DNA of 64,000 nt from Clostridia bacterium (GCA_017507045.1 JAFWBP010000016.1:231-64230); one strand, 5' to 3'. Shown: positions 18,801-27,462, counted from the stretch's first letter. Numbers and translations: made by a program. The notes: generated from the sequence alone by a model not told the origin.

Positions 18801-19193
18801 ATGAAACGGTGTACCATCCGTATTGAAACAACCGTGGACGGGCACACCTCCCTCTTTTCGGGGGTAGGGAGCTTTGAATGGGCGGAAAACGGCGCAACAA
18901 TTTGCTATTTGATTGATGGCGACGAGGCGCTTATCCGTATGGAAAAAGAACGCCTCACGATGGAGCGGCAGGGCGCTACCGCGCTTTTCGCGACCTTTTC
19001 TGAAGGGGAGCGCACGGAAATGGTGTTAGCGCTCGGGTTACAGCGCGGCATAATTCCTCTGCGCACGAACAGGTATCACGTCGATTGCAAGGAACGCGCC
19101 TCTTTCGTCAATCTTAATTACGATTTGCTTTCAGAAAAAGCTTCAACAAATTTTCAATTAAAAATTTCTATTATTTTTTCGAGGGAATCATGA
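18801..19193 (+). CDS. DUF1934 (YwiB-like) beta-barrel protein
   Basis: 130 aa; the pattern I.I.T..DG....F.G.....ENG.TI.Y....DEALIRM....LTMERQG fits the family. Confidence 0.6.
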   Translation: MKRCTIRIETTVDGHTSLFSGVGSFEWAENGATICYLIDGDEALIRMEKERLTMERQGATALFATFSEGERTEMVLALGLQRGIIPLRTNRYHVDCKERASFVNLNYDLLSEKASTNFQLKISIIFSRES

Positions 19194-19840
19194 AAATACG
19201 CTATCTTGGGCACGCGTGCTTTCTTTTAGAGGGGAACGCGGGAACGAGAATCCTTACCGATCCTTACGGGGAGATCGGCTATCCTTTGCCGCGCGTTGAA
19301 GCAGATGTGGTAACCGTGAGCCATGGGCATTACGATCATTGCAACGTTCAAGCCGTTTCAGGAAATCCGATGGTATTTTACGAAGAAGGGGATCACACCC
19401 TTGAAGATATCAGCATAACTTCCTTCGTAAGCTTCCACGATGAGGAAAAGGGTGCGAAACGGGGCAAGAACGGTATTTTTAGGTTTTCCATAGACGGAAT
19501 CAAAGTGTGCCATCTTGGGGATTTAGGGGAGCCGTGTTCAGCTTCGCTCACTGAAAAGCTTCTGCCAACAGACGTTTTGCTCATTCCCGTTGGCGGAATC
19601 TACACGATTGATGCGAAGCAGGCAAAAGAATTCGTGGAGCATATACAGCCTTCCGTTGTAATTCCCATGCACTATAAACCGGAGGATCTGGATATTAATA
19701 TCGGCGGCGTGGGCGAATTTACCGATCTGTTTCACAGTATACTTAAAGTGAGAATGGTGGGGAGCGAGCTTGAGCTAAAAAAGAGCGATCTTTCCGAAAG
19801 TGGTACAAAAATAATCGTTATGGAGCGTGTGAAAGCATGA
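19190..19840 (+). CDS. MBL-fold metallo-hydrolase (UPF0173-like)
   Basis: KIRYLGHACFLLE...VTVSHGHYDHCN. 4-nt overlaps on both sides. Confidence 0.85.
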   Translation: MKIRYLGHACFLLEGNAGTRILTDPYGEIGYPLPRVEADVVTVSHGHYDHCNVQAVSGNPMVFYEEGDHTLEDISITSFVSFHDEEKGAKRGKNGIFRFSIDGIKVCHLGDLGEPCSASLTEKLLPTDVLLIPVGGIYTIDAKQAKEFVEHIQPSVVIPMHYKPEDLDINIGGVGEFTDLFHSILKVRMVGSELELKKSDLSESGTKIIVMERVKA

Positions 19841-21279
19841 TGAATAAATTGGAACTGGAAAATAGATATCGCGAATTTCTCGATGCGTTGCCGCTTGCTA
19901 CGCTCAGAGTGATCGGCCGTAAGTATGGTGCGCAACAGGCTTCCGCCAGTCACAAGGATGATCTTATTGATTCGATTATCGGAATTCTCACGGGCAGCAT
20001 TCAACCTACACCTCGCTCCAATCGCGGTGCGCCGGCAAAGCTAAATTATATCGATCCGGCCGTTTTGGAAGAGCTTGAGAAGATCAAGAGGGAAGGCGCT
20101 GGCCGCGAGGAAGGGGATTTGGTTGTTGAATCGCCCGAATATGTGAGAGATACTCCTGCGGTAGGTGCCGTAAGCACGGGAATCCTCGAAATCACGCAGG
20201 GCGGTTATGGATTTTTGCGTGCTAAAAACTGCCAGCCTTCCGTGGATGGCGACGTATTTATCGCTGCGCCCATCATCCACGCGCTACGGTTGCGTGCCGG
20301 TGATTTTATCGCGTGTACGACGAAGCCGCGCCTCAAAAGCGATTCTCCTGCCGTGGAAGAAATATTGAGCGTGAACGGTATGCCTCTTGGAAAATATGAG
20401 CAAAGACCTTTCTTTGATTCGCTCACGGCAAAATATGCCTGCGAAAAAATTGCACTTTCGAATGGTTGCGAGGATCTTTCCCTTCGCGCACTCGATCTCT
20501 TTTCTCCCATCGGTAAGGGTCAGCGCGCACTCATTATTGCGCCGCCCAAGGCAGGGAAAACGACGCTTTTAAAAACGATTGCTCGTGCGATCTCTGAAAA
20601 GCACAGGGAAATCTGCCTAATCATACTGCTCATTGATGAGCGTCCCGAAGAAGTTACGGATATCCGCACGAGCGTACAAAACGCAGAGGTCATTTATTCC
20701 ACTTTCGATGAGGGAGCCGATCACCATATTCGTGCGGCTGAGCTTACGCTTGCACACGCCAAGCACATGGTGGAGCTGGGGGAAGATGTCGTCATCCTCC
20801 TAGATTCTCTCACAAAGCTCACACGGGCATATAACTATGCCGTAGAGAGCACGGGGAAAACGCTCTCCGGCGGACTCGATGCAGCAGCTCTCGCCGAGCC
20901 CAAGCGCTTTTTTGGCGCGGCGCGCAACACGATGCAGGCCGGTAGCCTCACCATTCTTGCAACTGCGCTCGTGGAAACGGGTAGCCGTATGGACGATATC
21001 ATCTACGAAGAGTTTAAGGGCACGGGCAACTGCGATATCTTCCTCTCACGCGAGCTTGCGGAGCGGCGCGTGTTCCCTGCAATTGATATCCGCCGTTCCG
21101 GTACGCGGAAGGAGGAGCTTCTTCTTACCAAGGAGGAGCTCGAAGGGGTGTATAAGATGCGCGAATACGGACTCGTGGAAAACGTTGCAGGGCTCTTTGA
21201 TATGATGAAACGCACAAAGCTTAATTCCGATTTTATCGCCCGTCTTCCCGAATGGTTACGCGTCTATAAAAACACGTAA
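19837..21279 (+). CDS. rho: Transcription termination factor Rho
   Basis: Rho_N, an OB/CSD region (GYGFLR), the P-loop [11 protein letters not shown] and the RecA-like core. Confidence 0.95.
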   Translation: MMNKLELENRYREFLDALPLATLRVIGRKYGAQQASASHKDDLIDSIIGILTGSIQPTPRSNRGAPAKLNYIDPAVLEELEKIKREGAGREEGDLVVESPEYVRDTPAVGAVSTGILEITQGGYGFLRAKNCQPSVDGDVFIAAPIIHALRLRAGDFIACTTKPRLKSDSPAVEEILSVNGMPLGKYEQRPFFDSLTAKYACEKIALSNGCEDLSLRALDLFSPIGKGQRALIIAPPKAGKTTLLKTIARAISEKHREICLIILLIDERPEEVTDIRTSVQNAEVIYSTFDEGADHHIRAAELTLAHAKHMVELGEDVVILLDSLTKLTRAYNYAVESTGKTLSGGLDAAALAEPKRFFGAARNTMQAGSLTILATALVETGSRMDDIIYEEFKGTGNCDIFLSRELAERRVFPAIDIRRSGTRKEELLLTKEELEGVYKMREYGLVENVAGLFDMMKRTKLNSDFIARLPEWLRVYKNT

Positions 21280-21298
21280 GCAACCGTCATAAATATTA

Positions 21299-21330
21299 CG
21301 CCCCGACTGATCGAACAGTCGGGGCGTTTT
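21299..21330. terminator. Strong intrinsic terminator shared by convergent rho and the PadR-fusion gene
   Basis: 11-bp GC stem CGCCCCGACTG/CAGTCGGGGCG followed by TTTT. Confidence 0.85.
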
Positions 21331-21343
21331 CTATTATTTTCTT

Positions 21344-23698
21344 TTAATCCTTCTTAGGACGGGTAAGGAAGTAGTAGCAAATTCCGAATACAACGATTCC
21401 GAAGAAGAAAACGATGGGCACTACTACGTAGGTGGCAAGTGCAGATGCGCTCGTGAAATCAATATTGACGCCAAGCGCCACAATTAATGTAATGATCACG
21501 CAAAGGATATAGATGATGATTGCAGTTTCCAGCACGGGTGCGCGCTTACGGATGGCGCGCTCGCCGAAATGGTTGATGGAGGCGATCCACGTAACGAGAG
21601 TAAGTGCCAAACCTGCACACCAAATGAAGTAAGGGTGGAAAAGGGGAATTGCATATTGTTCGCGAATTCCGAAAATCACACATCCCTCAATGAAACAAAG
21701 GCAGAGCACAACGATAGAGGAGAAGAACAAAGCTTTGCCCTTGTGAACGGTGTTTACGTAATCCTCCTGCTTCTGGGTAGCAGGTTTGCCTCCGGCAGTT
21801 GTAATTCGAATGCCATCTTGTGCGGCTTTCTCTTCAAGGTCGCCAAAGTTTACGCCATTAAGCGAGCGAGCACCCGCACCTTCGTAAGTTTCACGCGAGG
21901 GATGCGTGGCAGAAAAGATCTGATGAATTACGGGGCGATAATCACGCGGGGCCTCATACGCGGGCTCTTCCGCGGAAGCTTCGGCGATCGGCGTTGCATA
22001 GTAGCCGTAATCATCGTTTTTCGGAGCCGTGGGAGGCGGTGTATTCACGAGGTCGCGGTAATTTTTATGAATTAGTTGCTGCTCGCGCTGACGGAAAATT
22101 GCTTCCTGCTCTTCGATGATGCGCTTTTCGCGGAGTTCAAGCTCTTCTGCGTGAGCGCGGCGCTCTGCTTCAATGAGCTCATCGCGTTGGCGCAGCATCG
22201 CGTTGAGGCGTGCGTGTTCTGCCATAAAATAGGCTTCGCGCTCTTGAAGTTCCTGTTCGCGGTTTAAAAGTTGCTCTTCTGCCTGCGCGGTGAGTTCCTG
22301 CTTACGTGCGATCTCTTCATCGAGCAAGAGGCGGCGCTGTGCTTCTTCCTCATCAAGCGCCTGTCTGCGCGCGATCTCTTCTTCATCAAGGATGCGGCGG
22401 CGTTCCGATTCCTCAGCCTCGAGAGCAAGTCGCTTGGCGAGTTCTTCATCCTCAAGCGCTTGCTTTCTTGCACTTTCCTCTTCTTCGAGTGCCTGCATAC
22501 GCATGGATTCTTCATCTTCAAGCGCTTGCTTTCTTGCGCTTTCCTCTTCTTCAAAGAGGCGCACGCGCTCTGCAAATGCAGAAGCTTCTGCGGCGTGAGC
22601 GGCTTCATCGATTGCGGCAGAACGTTCTGCTGCAATCATATTTTCTGCGTGGATTGCTTCAATTTCCTTGCGCTTCTCTTCTAAAAGACGTTCGCGCTCG
22701 GCAATTTCCTTTTCGCGCCAATCGCATTCTGTCTGATAGGCTGAATTCCTCGCGCGAATCTCATCTTCAAAGCGCTGTTTATTTTCATCGAGAGCAAGGC
22801 GCTCGTTTTCAAGCCGGGCTACCTTTTCTTCTTCGAAGCGCTGTTTTTCTTCTTCAAAGGCAAGGCGCTCGCTTTCAAGTTGGGCTACCTTTTCTTCTTC
22901 GAAGCGCTGTTTTTCTTCTTCAAAGGCAAGGCGCTCGTTTTCAAGCTGGGCTACCTTTTCTTCTTCGAAGCGCTGTTTTTCTTCTTCAAAGGCAAGGCGC
23001 TCGCTTTCAAGCTGGGCTACCTTTTCTTCTTCGAAGCGCTGTTTTTCTTCTTCGAAGGCAAGGCGCTCGCTTTCAAGCTGGGCTGCCTTTTCTTCTTCGA
23101 AGCGCTGTTTTTCTTCTTCGAAGGTAAGGCGTTCATTTTCCAGTTGAGCAACCTGTTCCTCGTATTCGGCTGCGAGCCTCGTGCGCTCGGCGCTATCATC
23201 AAAGATGGGCTCGTAATCAAGATCTTCAGCTTCGCCTTCGCGAGAGGGAACACGGGAAGTGGTGCTTCTCAGCATACGCATATTAACGGCGGTGGGGGCA
23301 GGATTCGCGAAATCGAAATCTTTATCGGAGATGAGCGAATCGATAACGGTGCGCGAGTACTCCCATTCCGCCTGATTGGTTTCCGAAATTTCTTTGCCTT
23401 CTTCTGTGAGGGAGAAGTATTTTCTTCTACCGCCGCTCACGGAGCCGCCCCAATAAGAAGTGATGTATCCTTCCTTTTCAAGGCGCTTTAAGGCGCTGTA
23501 AAGGGAGGGCTCTTTGATGCTATATTGCCCGTGGCTTTTGCGCTCGATTTCTTCCTTGATGGCATAGCCGTACTTATCTCCATCGTAGAGGGCGCGCAGG
23601 ATAATCGTATTAATGTGTCCTCTGATGAGGTCGGAAGAAATGGCCTTGCCTTTGCCTTCTTCTGCTTCCTCTTCGGGCGTCGTCATATCTTCGTCCAT
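21344..23698 (-). CDS. PadR-family wHTH fused to a long charged repeat helix and a 4-TM C-terminal anchor
   Basis: N-terminus: IRGHINTIILRALYDGDKYGYAIKEEI...SLYSALKRLEKEGYITSYW...RRKYFSLTEEG. Middle: about 390 aa of E/K/R/Q/A repeats. C-terminus: four hydrophobic helices. AAGGAGG RBS and a consensus promoter. Confidence 0.8.
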   Translation of the reverse strand: MDEDMTTPEEEAEEGKGKAISSDLIRGHINTIILRALYDGDKYGYAIKEEIERKSHGQYSIKEPSLYSALKRLEKEGYITSYWGGSVSGGRRKYFSLTEEGKEISETNQAEWEYSRTVIDSLISDKDFDFANPAPTAVNMRMLRSTTSRVPSREGEAEDLDYEPIFDDSAERTRLAAEYEEQVAQLENERLTFEEEKQRFEEEKAAQLESERLAFEEEKQRFEEEKVAQLESERLAFEEEKQRFEEEKVAQLENERLAFEEEKQRFEEEKVAQLESERLAFEEEKQRFEEEKVARLENERLALDENKQRFEDEIRARNSAYQTECDWREKEIAERERLLEEKRKEIEAIHAENMIAAERSAAIDEAAHAAEASAFAERVRLFEEEESARKQALEDEESMRMQALEEEESARKQALEDEELAKRLALEAEESERRRILDEEEIARRQALDEEEAQRRLLLDEEIARKQELTAQAEEQLLNREQELQEREAYFMAEHARLNAMLRQRDELIEAERRAHAEELELREKRIIEEQEAIFRQREQQLIHKNYRDLVNTPPPTAPKNDDYGYYATPIAEASAEEPAYEAPRDYRPVIHQIFSATHPSRETYEGAGARSLNGVNFGDLEEKAAQDGIRITTAGGKPATQKQEDYVNTVHKGKALFFSSIVVLCLCFIEGCVIFGIREQYAIPLFHPYFIWCAGLALTLVTWIASINHFGERAIRKRAPVLETAIIIYILCVIITLIVALGVNIDFTSASALATYVVVPIVFFFGIVVFGICYYFLTRPKKD
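22795..23124. repeat. Five near-identical 66-bp tandem repeats (22-aa units) inside the PadR-fusion CDS, flanked by degenerate copies
   Basis: Units start at 22795, 22861, 22927, 22993 and 23059 with 1-3 substitutions each. They encode LAFEEEKQRFEEEKVAQLE(S/N)ER. Confidence 0.95.
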
Positions 23699-23721
23699 GG
23701 TTATCCTCCTTTGTTTGTTAT

Positions 23722-23750
23722 ATTATATAACATTTGTCGGAATTTGTCAA
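23722..23750 (-). promoter_or_regulatory. Consensus sigmaA promoter of the PadR-fusion gene
   Basis: On the minus strand: TTGACA (23750-23745), a 17-nt spacer, then TATAAT (23727-23722). Confidence 0.7.
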
Positions 23751-23836
23751 TGGGTGAGAAGTACTATGTTAGACATAATTGGCAAAATTTTGCAAGTTTT
23801 TTCATAGTACGCTTCATTTCAGCATAAAACGGTGTT

Positions 23837-24910
23837 ATGAAGGGATTGCGCGGAATATGTATCATTATTGGTGGGGCAATCGGTGCCGGTTTTATTTCGG
23901 GGGCAGAACTTATTCGGTTCTTTCACACACAGTACTTCTTTTTTCCCGTAATGCTTTCCGCGTTATTTTTCTTTTTGCAGTGTGCGCTCTTTCTTTGGCT
24001 TGGAAGAACGCACGGCGGCTACGAGGGGGCGCTGAATATACTTTTTAAAAGGGCGGCGCCGGCTGTTCGAGCGGTTATCGTTCTGTGTGCGTTTATTCCG
24101 TGTGCAGGGATGCTCGCCGGGCTCGATGCGCTTCTTCCCGCCCTCAAGCCACTTCTTTCGCTCACGGGGCTTTTGCTCTCTGCCGCAGTGCTTCAAAGGG
24201 GAACGGGGGGGATATCTTTTGTAAACCTTTTGCTCGTGCCCATACTTCTCGGCTTTGTATTCATGTGCGGCAGTGGAGAAAAGGCTTTCTATTACCCCTT
24301 GCTTCCCGAGGGAACCACGGGCTTTTTCGGAGGCGCTCTCTATGCGGGTATGAACGCGTTTTTGCTTGCCCCTGTTTTGCTTGATGCCGGTAGAGATGTG
24401 AAAAATCCGGTGCTTCTTTCTGCGGTTGCAGCGGCAGTGATCGCTTTGAGCGCGCTCACCATTCTCGGATGTGTTTATCGCGAGGGCGCAGGGGCGCTCA
24501 ACGCCGAGATGCCTTTTTTATACGTTATGCGAGGGGAAGCAGTTTTCTCCGTTGCCGTTGCACTTGCCGTAATGACCTCTCTTGCATCCTCGCTTTATCC
24601 GCTCATGCAATCTTGCAACCGATTCAAAAGGCGAAAAAAGTACGCCGCAAAGGCGTGTGTGCTCCTTGCGGCGTTTTGTATTTCCCGTTTGGGTTTTGTG
24701 GGGATCATCTCCCTTCTTTATCCCGTTTTAGGGGGTTTGGGATTGCTTTTATCAATGTTCTGCGCTCTTAACGAGTATCTTTTCAAGCAGCACCACAAGA
24801 AAGTACATTCCAGCGGCGAGAACGCAGAGAATCAGCGTTGCGCTCATCACAAGATCGAGCCGGAACACCTGCCCACCGTACACGATGAGGTAGCCCAGCC
24901 CCGCCCTTGA
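23837..24910 (+). CDS. YkvI-like polytopic membrane protein (putative transporter)
   Basis: IIIGGAIGAGFISGAELIRFF at the N-terminus, about 10 TM. The last 40 or so residues run antisense into the next gene and are probably not conserved. Confidence 0.55.
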   Translation: MKGLRGICIIIGGAIGAGFISGAELIRFFHTQYFFFPVMLSALFFFLQCALFLWLGRTHGGYEGALNILFKRAAPAVRAVIVLCAFIPCAGMLAGLDALLPALKPLLSLTGLLLSAAVLQRGTGGISFVNLLLVPILLGFVFMCGSGEKAFYYPLLPEGTTGFFGGALYAGMNAFLLAPVLLDAGRDVKNPVLLSAVAAAVIALSALTILGCVYREGAGALNAEMPFLYVMRGEAVFSVAVALAVMTSLASSLYPLMQSCNRFKRRKKYAAKACVLLAAFCISRLGFVGIISLLYPVLGGLGLLLSMFCALNEYLFKQHHKKVHSSGENAENQRCAHHKIEPEHLPTVHDEVAQPRP

Positions 24911-25570
24911 AACGATGTATTCACCCATGATCGAGCCGATCCAAGCCATTCCAACTGCCACCTTCAGCATGGAAATAAAGGAGGGGAGCGAGGAGGGGAT
25001 TACGAGTTTTATAAGGATTTGCGCCTTGCTTGCGCCCATTGAGCGCAAAAGCAGAATTTTATTTTTATCTGTAGCAATGAAGGCTGAAAGCATATGCAAA
25101 ATAGCAATAATGATGCCTACAAGCACCGTCATGCAAAGAATTGCCTCGCTTCCCGTGCCGAACCAAATGATGATCATCGGCCCCAACGCGATCTTCGGGA
25201 GGGCGTTGATAACAACGATGTACGGCTCGAGCACTTCGCGGAGCGTGTTGCTCCACCAAAGTGCAAGCGCAATAAAAACGCCAAGCCCAACGGCGATCGC
25301 AAAACCTGCGAGCGTTTCCCATAGCGTTACGCCAACGTGATAGAAGAGCGAGCCATCTTCGTAGAGGCTTGCAATCGTGCCAAAAATCCGCGAGGGTGAG
25401 CTTACGATGAATGCATCTACCCAGCCGAGCGCCGTTGTAAGTTCCCAGATCCCGAAAAGAAGAACGAGGATTCCAATGCGCAGTGACCAAACGAATAGCA
25501 AATGATTTTTTCGCCGCTTCAAAAAGCGGAGATGTTCTTCAGAATACTTTTTTACAAGTTCGTTTTTCAT
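24752..25570 (-). CDS. ABC transporter permease (NitT/TauT family)
   Basis: Six TM and an EAA-like loop. Start moved to the ATG at 25570, which forms an ATGA overlap with the ATPase stop and has GAAGGAG upstream. Confidence 0.85.
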   Translation of the reverse strand: MKNELVKKYSEEHLRFLKRRKNHLLFVWSLRIGILVLLFGIWELTTALGWVDAFIVSSPSRIFGTIASLYEDGSLFYHVGVTLWETLAGFAIAVGLGVFIALALWWSNTLREVLEPYIVVINALPKIALGPMIIIWFGTGSEAILCMTVLVGIIIAILHMLSAFIATDKNKILLLRSMGASKAQILIKLVIPSSLPSFISMLKVAVGMAWIGSIMGEYIVSRAGLGYLIVYGGQVFRLDLVMSATLILCVLAAGMYFLVVLLEKILVKSAEH

Positions 25571-26304
25571 CCGTTTAGCTCCTTCCAGAGTAATTCGAAC
25601 CACCCCGAAAACCCGGGGGCTTCCCGCCGTTTGAGCGGGTTTGTTAGCTCCCCAAAATCGAGCGTATGCGTGTAAGCAACGTGCGCAGGCCGTTCGGAGA
25701 GTACAAGCACGCGATCGGCAAGAGAGATCGCTTCCGAGATATCGTGCGTGATGAGAAGAGCGGTTTTTCCTTCGCTGCGGATGATTTTCGAAACGTCCTC
25801 CGTTACGTTTAGCCGTGTTTGATAATCAAGCGCGGAAAAAGGCTCGTCAAGCAGTAAAATATCGGGATCGGTTGCAAGCGTACGGATGAGCGCGGCACGC
25901 TGCCGCATTCCACCCGAGAGCTGAGAAGGGTAACTTTGAAGGAAATCTCCAAGCCCGTATTTTACGGCGAGTGCTTTTGCTCGCTCTCGGTGTTCGGGTG
26001 TATTCTGCCGCTTGATTTCAAGGGGGATTACAATATTCTTTTCTATCGTGCGCCAAGGAAAAAGTTCGTCCTTTTGCAGCATGTAGCCGCAGCTTCCGCA
26101 CCGCATTACCTCTCCGCCGGAGGGTTCGAGCAACCCTGCCGCGAGGGATAAAAGGGTGGTTTTTCCGCATCCGGAAGGACCGATGATAGCAACGAATTCT
26201 CCCTCATTTACGGAGAAGGAGAGGTGTTCGGCCGCCGTCGTCTCCGCGCGCACGGTGTGGTAGATGTGAGTTACATCAAAAAACCGGAGACTTTCCTTTC
26301 TCAT
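25567..26304 (-). CDS. ABC transporter ATP-binding protein (NitT/TauT family)
   Basis: GPSGCGKTTLL, LSGGMRQRAALIR and LLLDEPFSALD. Confidence 0.93.
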   Translation of the reverse strand: MRKESLRFFDVTHIYHTVRAETTAAEHLSFSVNEGEFVAIIGPSGCGKTTLLSLAAGLLEPSGGEVMRCGSCGYMLQKDELFPWRTIEKNIVIPLEIKRQNTPEHRERAKALAVKYGLGDFLQSYPSQLSGGMRQRAALIRTLATDPDILLLDEPFSALDYQTRLNVTEDVSKIIRSEGKTALLITHDISEAISLADRVLVLSERPAHVAYTHTLDFGELTNPLKRREAPGFSGWFELLWKELNG

Positions 26305-26379
26305 ATGCGTTTCCTTTTGTTTTCTTAGTGCGAAATTTTATCGTAGTGCGAAATTTGGAAGCCTTATGGGCAATATTCC

Positions 26380-27381
26380 CTACGGCATTGAAGCATAAAC
26401 TTTTTGTGCGTAGCTGTTATCAACGAATAAGCGGAAATCCACGCGGGCGGGGAGCTCGCCGGCGGAATCCATGATATCCTGCAGGCGATTGAAGCTCGCC
26501 TCCGTCATCACCATATCACTCGCCCACGAATCAATGGCACGGTAGTTCTTTACGCTTGTTGCAAGCGATGCAACGGAAGTACCAGCGAAGTGCTTGGTGA
26601 GATGGGATGCAATCTCCTCGGGCGTGTTCTTTTGCACGTAACGCACCGCTTTGAGCATTGCGCGAAGGAAACCTTCCACAAGCTTTTCATGCTTATCAAT
26701 CCACGAACGCTTTGCAATGAAGCTGGTGTAAGGAACAACGCCGCTTGCTTCACCGATTGCAGCCACGATAAAACCTTTGCCCTGCGCCTGCACCTCGGAA
26801 GCAGTGGGTTCGAACATCGTGCAATAGTCCGCCGTTCCTTCAATGAATGCAGCCGTCATGTTGTTGAAATCAACGTCGAAGTTGAAGTTGATATCCTCAT
26901 CTTTGAAGCCGTGTTCGCGCAGAACGTACTCAAAGGTCATCGCAGGAACGCCGCCTCTGCGCCCCGCGAGCACTTCTTTGCCCTTGAGGTTCGCCCATTG
27001 GAAGGTATCACGCTCGTCGGTGCGGGAGAGTAAGAATGCGCCATCCCGTTGGGTGAGTTGACCGAACACGGTGGGAATATCCTTCGTGCCGCCCTCGGCT
27101 ACGTAGAAAGCGGCTTCAGGGCCACAGAAACCGATATCATCACTACCGGAGAGCACTGCTGCCATAACGTTGTTGGCACCGCCTCCGTTGGTAAGCTCTA
27201 TCTTGATGCCTTCCTCTTCAAAATAGCCGAGTGTATCAGCAAGATACATCGGCGCATAGAAGACGGAATGCGTTACTTCGTTGATTTTGATCGTGGTAAG
27301 ACCATCGTTAGTGCCTCCGCAAGCGGAGAGGGGAAGGAGAGCAAAGATCACCGCTCCTAAAACTGCCAGTATTTTTTTCAT
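26380..27381 (-). CDS. ABC substrate-binding lipoprotein (NMT1/THI5-like)
   Basis: Signal peptide with lipobox LLPLSACGG and a periplasmic-binding fold pattern. Confidence 0.8.
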   Translation of the reverse strand: MKKILAVLGAVIFALLPLSACGGTNDGLTTIKINEVTHSVFYAPMYLADTLGYFEEEGIKIELTNGGGANNVMAAVLSGSDDIGFCGPEAAFYVAEGGTKDIPTVFGQLTQRDGAFLLSRTDERDTFQWANLKGKEVLAGRRGGVPAMTFEYVLREHGFKDEDINFNFDVDFNNMTAAFIEGTADYCTMFEPTASEVQAQGKGFIVAAIGEASGVVPYTSFIAKRSWIDKHEKLVEGFLRAMLKAVRYVQKNTPEEIASHLTKHFAGTSVASLATSVKNYRAIDSWASDMVMTEASFNRLQDIMDSAGELPARVDFRLFVDNSYAQKVYASMP

Positions 27382-27433
27382 AGTTCACTCCGTGAAAAAT
27401 AGAATAATATATTCTATGAGATAGGCGGAATAA

Positions 27434-27462
27434 TTGACAACGCAGAAAAAATCGTATATAAT
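27434..27462 (+). promoter_or_regulatory. Consensus sigmaA promoter of valS
   Basis: TTGACA, a 17-nt spacer, then TATAAT. Confidence 0.75.

Noticed and set aside
22795-23124. Regularly spaced direct repeats, considered as a possible CRISPR array.
   Set aside because: The units are contiguous with no unique spacers, are 66 bp long in frame, and encode a sensible charged helix within a long ORF.
22271-23491. Several plus-strand ORFs (for example 22306-23127, 273 aa) with striking internal repeats.
   Set aside because: They are the antisense shadow of the 66-bp and 33-bp repeats in the PadR-fusion gene. Their repetitiveness comes from that gene, and their translations are Leu/Phe/Arg low-complexity.
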